Part shown: positions 60,001 through 64,000 of the stretch, one piece after another
Layout of the letters: each line of letters starts with the position of its first letter
Position numbering within the stretch: the stretch's first letter is position 1
NCBI GenBank assembly: GCA_964405015.1
Contig: CAYOME010000001.1
Location: forward strand, 165,584 to 229,583
DNA: 64,000 nucleotides
Direction: 5' to 3'
Source of the DNA: an uncultured Candidatus Saccharibacteria bacterium
GTDB taxonomy: Bacteria > Patescibacteriota > Dojkabacteria > SC72
Program-made: the position numbers and the translations under genes
Notes under the pieces: generated by a model
Seen by the model: the letters and a program-made list of their open reading frames with translations, nothing else
Database searches by the model: none
Told to the model about the DNA's origin: nothing

Positions 60001-63000
60001 GTACTGGTACCTTTACTGCAAATGGTGGAAATGCATCAGATTCTAACTCTGATGGTGGAGGTGGTGCAGGTGGAAGAATTGCTCTGTATTTCACAACAAA
60101 TAATGCAACTCTTGCGACATTAACAGCTGATGGGGGTAGACCATCAACCTCCAAAGCATACGGTGGTGCTGGAACTATATATATTAAAGACAATGATGAG
60201 CCCAATGCAGATTTAATAATTGACAACAATGAAACCTCGTGGAATACAGCCCTAACTTCTATTGCTCCGACCCCAATAAGTACAAACCTTAACTTAAAAA
60301 ATTTAACAATCACTGATTTTGCCCGGGTTGAAACTTCAAATACCATAAATGTTGTAAATGAATTATTCTTAGGTCAGAAAGCATATTTTGTAAATACTGG
60401 TAATGTGTCCACAAACACATTCAATATTTTAGAAGCCTCTACATATCTTAATCAAGCAACATCATCAATAACTTACAACACACTTAATTGGACTGGAGGT
60501 AACGTTACTGATAATGGAGGAAACTTTGCACTTTTAAGTTCAGGCGATAATTTGCTAATACCTATCGGATCGACCCTGTATGGAAATGTCCAAAGAACAT
60601 TTACCGGTCTTACTGTGAATGGAGTTTTAACCCATACAGAAAATGGATCAACACCTCAATATAAACTAGATTACATAGTAAATGGAGATTTACTTGTAAG
60701 TTCAACTGGACAAATAAATGTAGATCTTAAGGGATATGCAATGAGTGAAGGACCCGGTGCGGGTGGAGATAGTGGTGGTGGTGGGGGGGGTGGATACGGA
60801 GGTAATGGTGGAAATGGACAAACTGGAGCTGGTGGTCAAGCATATGGAAGTATGACAGAACCAACCGATCTTGGTAGTGGTGGTGGATATGGTTCAAACT
60901 GGAGAGGTAATAGCCGAGGAGGTGGAGCTGTTAAACTTACAGTTTCTAATTCACTTACGGTAAATGGTTCAATCATTGCCAACGCCGGTGGTGGTGGTGA
61001 TGGTACGGACAGGGTACCAGGAGGTGGAAGTGGTGGATCAATTTGGTTAATAACTGGAACACTTGCGGGTACTGGTACAATTACAGCAAATGGTGGGAAT
61101 GGAGGAAATTGGAACTCTGACGGTGGTGGTGGTGGTGGTGGAAGAATAGCTTTGTATTATAAAGAAAACACTTCAACATTTAGCCTATTTACCGTTAATG
61201 CTGGTACTGGAGGTGGAGCAGCTTTAAATGGTTCTGTAGGAACAATATTCCTTGGAGGCTTCCCAATGAATCCAATAAATATGGCTCAATACAAAATAGA
61301 TGGTGTAACTGGTATCGGGGCAGGTGCAGCTACAAACGAAAACAGTATGAAGATAAAATTCCAAATGATGGACCCTAATAATACAGATACACTAACACCC
61401 GAAGTAGAATTTGTACCTTTAGGAACCGCATTTAGTAATGTAGCAACAAATACAGGAACTCCAGTATCTTACACGGGTGCAGCAGTAAATGGAGAAGTAG
61501 AAGTAACAGGATTAGCAGATGGAAGCTCATACCACTGGCAAGCAAGAATATGTGATGCAACAGCTCTTTGTTCTGATTGGACTAGCTTTGGAAACAATAC
61601 AGAGGCGGAAGCTGATGTAAGAGTAGTAATGAATGCAGATCCAAATTCACCAACAATACCCGAATCCTCTTTCTATATAAACGCACAATATACTAACAAT
61701 CTTCAACCTACATTAGGATTTGTAATTACAGACTCAAATACCGTTGACTCAGTAGGATATCAGATACAAATAGCAACAGATGCTGACTTTAATACGATCA
61801 TTACAGATTACACCTCCGCAATGGCTGCACAAGGCACACAAACCTTTACAGTAGGACAAGCAGCAGGAACAGGAACATATGCTGAAGGAGCTGAATCTCA
61901 AGAACTTACAACTGGTGGATATTACTGGAGAGTCATGGCTATTGATGATAAAGGTGGAACATCAGATTGGACTGTTGCACCAGGTACACCATCATTTAGA
62001 ATAGATCTTTCGAGACCAACAAATGCAACCTCAGTATTTGTTAAAGCATATGCAGGAGCTACAGATCAATATTCAGAAGGAGCTGAAAACGTCTGGTTTA
62101 GAAGAAATGATCTTTACTTTAGTTGGACAGCAGGTACAGATACACAAGGGGTAAAAGGTTACTGTATATATGTTGGAGACAACCCCAATGGAGATCCAGC
62201 AACAGAGAAAGGATTGCTAGGATCATCCCCTATTAGTACTACAGGTACAACATGCCAATTCATTACTGACCAAACAGAAATTGATTTCTCTAATTCCGCT
62301 CTCAGAAGCTATGAATGGTTAACATCGAGTAATACAAAATATTACTTCAAGGTAAAAACTATAGATATCGCAAACAATGTATATGAAGGACCAGATGTAT
62401 CAAACTATGTATCTTTCAATTTTGATAATACAGCTCCACAAAATGTAACAGCAATATCAACACCAAGTATTGTATTCTCAAATATTGCAGATATGTTCTT
62501 TAGCTGGACAACTGGAACTGCAGGAGCCTCTGATGATAATTCACAAGTATTAGGATTCCAATATGCTATTAACACAAGAGATACTTGGTGGGGCAATGCC
62601 ACAGATACCTTCACAGGGGTAACATATTCTCCAATGGATAGGACACAACCTCTATATCTACCAGAGGAAGTACATAGTTCTGTTCAATTAGGACAAAATA
62701 CTGTCTACTTTAGAGTTGTAGACCATGCAGGTAACTACTCTGAATTAAGAACAGCTGTTCTTAACTATGGAGGAGAAGCTCCTAAGTTTGCACAAGGAGA
62801 TGAGATAACTGTAACTCCAGTGGAAAATACCACCAACACATTTGCATTCAGCTGGCCAGCAGCAACAGCATCAGTTGGAAATACAGTAGCTACATACTAC
62901 TACATGATAAATACACCACCACCAGCATCATATTCAACAATTACTTCTAACTCAGCAACATATATAGCTACTACAGAAACATCTCTTGAAGAATTCTTGG

Positions 63001-64000
63001 TACCAGGACTAAGAAAGGGAGCAAATACAATATATATTGCTGTTGTAGACGAAGCAGGAAATTACTCACCAACAAATGCACTCTCAGCAACCTTTAACTT
63101 GAATTCTGAATTGCCAGATTCTCCATTAGATGTTGCAGTTGCAGATATTTCGATAAAAGATGTATCTATTTGGAGAGCAGCAGTTGTATGGAGTGAACCA
63201 GAATATCAAGGTACAGGGACCTTAACATACCATGTATATAGATCAGAAGATGGAGAGACATGGGAAGAAATTGCAACCACAACAGGTCTTACATATGTAG
63301 ACACAGTCCCAGAATCAAAAACATATTACTGGAGAGTAGCTACAACAGACAACTCCGATGAATCTATAGCAAGTCCATCAATATCAAATGGGGTTTCATT
63401 GGTACCAAGAGGAAAATATCTAGTACCACCAGATCTAACATCAGGTCCTGCAAGCTCATCAATATCTACAACTAAGGCAACAATATCCTGGACTACAAGT
63501 AGAATTGCAGATAGCAAGGTAGCATTTGGTTTAGAAAGTAACAATTACTTTGAATCCGAATCCTACAATTCTTCAGAAGTAACAGAGCACAAAATTGTAC
63601 TAAGCAACTTAACACCAGGTACAGAATATTTCTACAAAGCAAAATGGACGGATGAGGATGGTAATACAGGATCAAGTGATGAATTAACATTTACTACAGA
63701 ACCTGCACCTCAAGTGAAAGATGTAAGGATTAGTAATAGAGGAGTAAGTGGAGCAATAATTAACTTTACGACTGTTAAAGCAAGTAGTGTAAAAATATAT
63801 TACGGAACAACTACAAACTTTGGTGGAGTAAAAGAGATAGCTACATCTAAATTAGAAACATCATATGCCTTAGAATTGAATCAACTAGATGATGGTACCA
63901 AATATTACTACAAGATAAATACACTTGATGAAGAAGGAAAAGAGTATGAAGGTACTACTCTTGATTTCACTACATTACCAAGACCAAGAGTCTACAACAT
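57008..64000 (+). CDS. Giant secreted repeat protein (more than 2,330 aa, 3' end outside the window) with Gly-rich beta-helix-like modules and C-terminal Fn3-like domains
   Basis: Translated by hand, the frame is open from the ATG at 57008 to the window end. The N-terminus carries a signal/anchor (MKKLPRIQIKNINRRILVTITAIILLVPLLIV). About 3.5 tandem modules of roughly 355 aa follow (GYRAGDGPGQG...GGGRIAIYYT...GGAGTIY...TINWTGGIITDNGGTFAL...). Then come several Fn3-like units with YYWRV and TEYFYKAKW signatures. The ORF track omits it because there is no stop inside the window. Confidence 0.8.
57500..61260 (+). repeat. About 1.07-kb tandem coding repeats (3.5 copies) inside the giant gene
   Basis: Near-identical DNA blocks recur, for example ttaactggacagggggaatcataacagataa at about 58355 and 59415, with a diverged copy at about 60485. 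The blocks ggatatgcaatgagtgaaggacccggtgc at about 59665 and 60735 also match. Confidence 0.75.

Noticed and set aside
57467-60346. Minus-strand ORFs with Pro-rich translations (57467..57700, 57483..57710, 57707..57907, 59768..60346) and short plus-strand alternate-frame ORFs
   Set aside because: They are antisense or out-of-frame shadows of the Gly-rich (GGN)n coding repeats of the giant plus-strand gene. The in-frame plus-strand reading is continuous, periodic and protein-like.
57500-61260. Possible CRISPR array suggested by regular repeats
   Set aside because: The repeat unit is about 1.07 kb, protein-coding and in frame. There are no short direct repeats separated by unique spacers, and no cas genes are present.
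1-64000. Alternative genetic code (TGA = Gly, code 25, or code 4)
   Set aside because: Long conserved genes (987, 957, 873, 867 and 819 aa) are intact under the standard table with no internal TGA, and genes end in TAA, TAG or TGA followed closely by the next start.

Overview
This window is AT-rich (about one third GC) bacterial DNA with tightly packed, mostly small genes and no in-frame TGA codons in the long ORFs, so the standard bacterial code applies. The gene content points to a streamlined, possibly CPR/Microgenomates-like genome, but that is inference. Evidence for it: ThrRS without a TGS domain, a short trigger factor, an archaeal-type CMP kinase and Ham1, and a sortase and giant surface proteins alongside peptidoglycan genes.

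The core genes are, in order: a rearranged and fragmented dcw cluster (ftsW-murG-murB' then mraZ-rsmH-ftsL-ftsI-mraY); tatD, rsmI, truB, rarA, tyrS, a short RelA/SpoT homolog, recG, a SpoU methyltransferase and rsmD; the conserved thrS-infC-rpmI-rplT-pheS-pheT block; a class A PBP, hisS, mutS and a PEP-synthase-like enzyme; membrane transporters; and tig-clpP. Two tRNAs are present, Leu-TAA and Val-GAC.

Non-core content includes a 957-aa DUF2341-type repeat protein and a more than 2,330-aa secreted repeat protein. The latter is absent from the ORF track because it runs off the window end. A sortase sits next to a divergently encoded candidate substrate. A roughly 7.7-kb accessory island lies downstream of tRNA-Val and is rich in nucleotide and ADP-ribose processing enzymes (HD, NUDIX, kinase-like, NADAR, Ham1), a nucleotidyltransferase-like pair, zinc-ribbon proteins and a secreted SNase nuclease. 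No CRISPR array, rRNA, transposase or integrase was recognised.
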